A program made the translations under genes and the position numbers. Positions 63,301 to 64,000 of a DNA stretch of 64,000 nucleotides are shown here, one piece after another (the first letter of the stretch is position 1; each line of letters opens with the position of its first letter). The stretch is from Amphiscolops sp. MND2022 (Eukaryota). The notes below the pieces were generated by a model. It saw nothing but the letters and a program-made list of their open reading frames with translations, did not search any database and was not told the origin of the DNA. The DNA lies in assembly GCA_964187785.1 (NCBI GenBank), contig OZ076409.1, positions 28,832,001 through 28,896,000 of the forward strand. Reading direction: 5' to 3'.

Positions 63301-64000
63301 GAAGGTGCAGGAGAAGCTGTGTGTGGAACCATTCAAAGACCCCCAAGAAGCCCTACAATATGCCATATCCTATGAAGAAGGCATAAAAAGACAAAGGTCT
63401 ATAGGGATAGGAGTGGCAGAAGGCTCGAAAGCAACAATAAAGACTGAACCAGTATGCGCTGTGGATAAGGTGAACAACCGAGAATGTTGTGGGGCAGGCA
63501 ATTTTACAACTGACCACATAAGGAGATGTCCAGCGACAAATCATAAATGTTAGTTCTGCAACATCATGGGACATCTGGAAAAGTGCTGCAGTCAGAAGTA
63601 TCCGGAGAGAGAAAAGCAAATGAAGCAGAGGATGCAAAATCGCAGAAAAGGATTTTCCCGGGTAAATTACATATCCGAAGAATCCGAAGAAGAACTGGAT
63701 CAAGACGAAATGGTTCTGCAGGTCGATGGGACGGCAGTGAAACCGTTCGAGATAGAAGGCTCGATGTGTGGCAACAAACTCAGAGCCATAATCGATACGG
63801 GGTCGCATGTCTCGATATTTGCGATAGACGAACTGAGAAGAATAATTGGAAAACGGTGGGTGGTCGTCAGAGACATGATAGATGGTGAAAGATATGTCGA
63901 CTTCAACCGACGCCCACTTCCGTTATTGGTATACATGTTTGTCAGCATCCAATTAGGAAAAACAAGAAAGTCAAAAGCAAGAGTGCTGGTGGCGAAGAAA
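60318..64000 (+). repeat. Near-identical duplicate of 47858-51608 (solo LTR half plus 5' part of the nested Gypsy)
   Basis: Same nesting, TSD and internal duplication. Differs by SNPs, an ~11-bp deletion and an ~56-bp LTR deletion. Confidence 0.95.

Overview
Repeat-dense eukaryotic (animal-like, possibly acoel; this is inference) genomic DNA with a 200-N scaffold gap. It has one recognisable host gene, an intronless ITPK1-like inositol phosphate kinase at 42173-43171. The rest is mostly Ty3/Gypsy LTR retrotransposons, solo LTRs, a decayed LINE, nested MITEs, HINE-like elements and local duplications. Main finding 1: a minus-strand Gypsy element (14433-27528) carries, downstream of pol and on the opposite strand, a 7-exon gene of about 1080 aa. 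The protein follows hAT-transposase motif order (BED-like zinc finger through the C-terminal dimerisation region), but its catalytic D/D/E and CxxH motifs appear to be replaced. Main finding 2: in several LTR families here the gag frame starts about 100 codons inside the LTR and reads through the LTR end and the tRNA primer-binding site (…GAC A|TG GTG ACA GGA = D-M-V-T-G), so solo LTRs carry Gag N-terminal ORFs that run into flanking DNA. All calls were made by eye without database searches.
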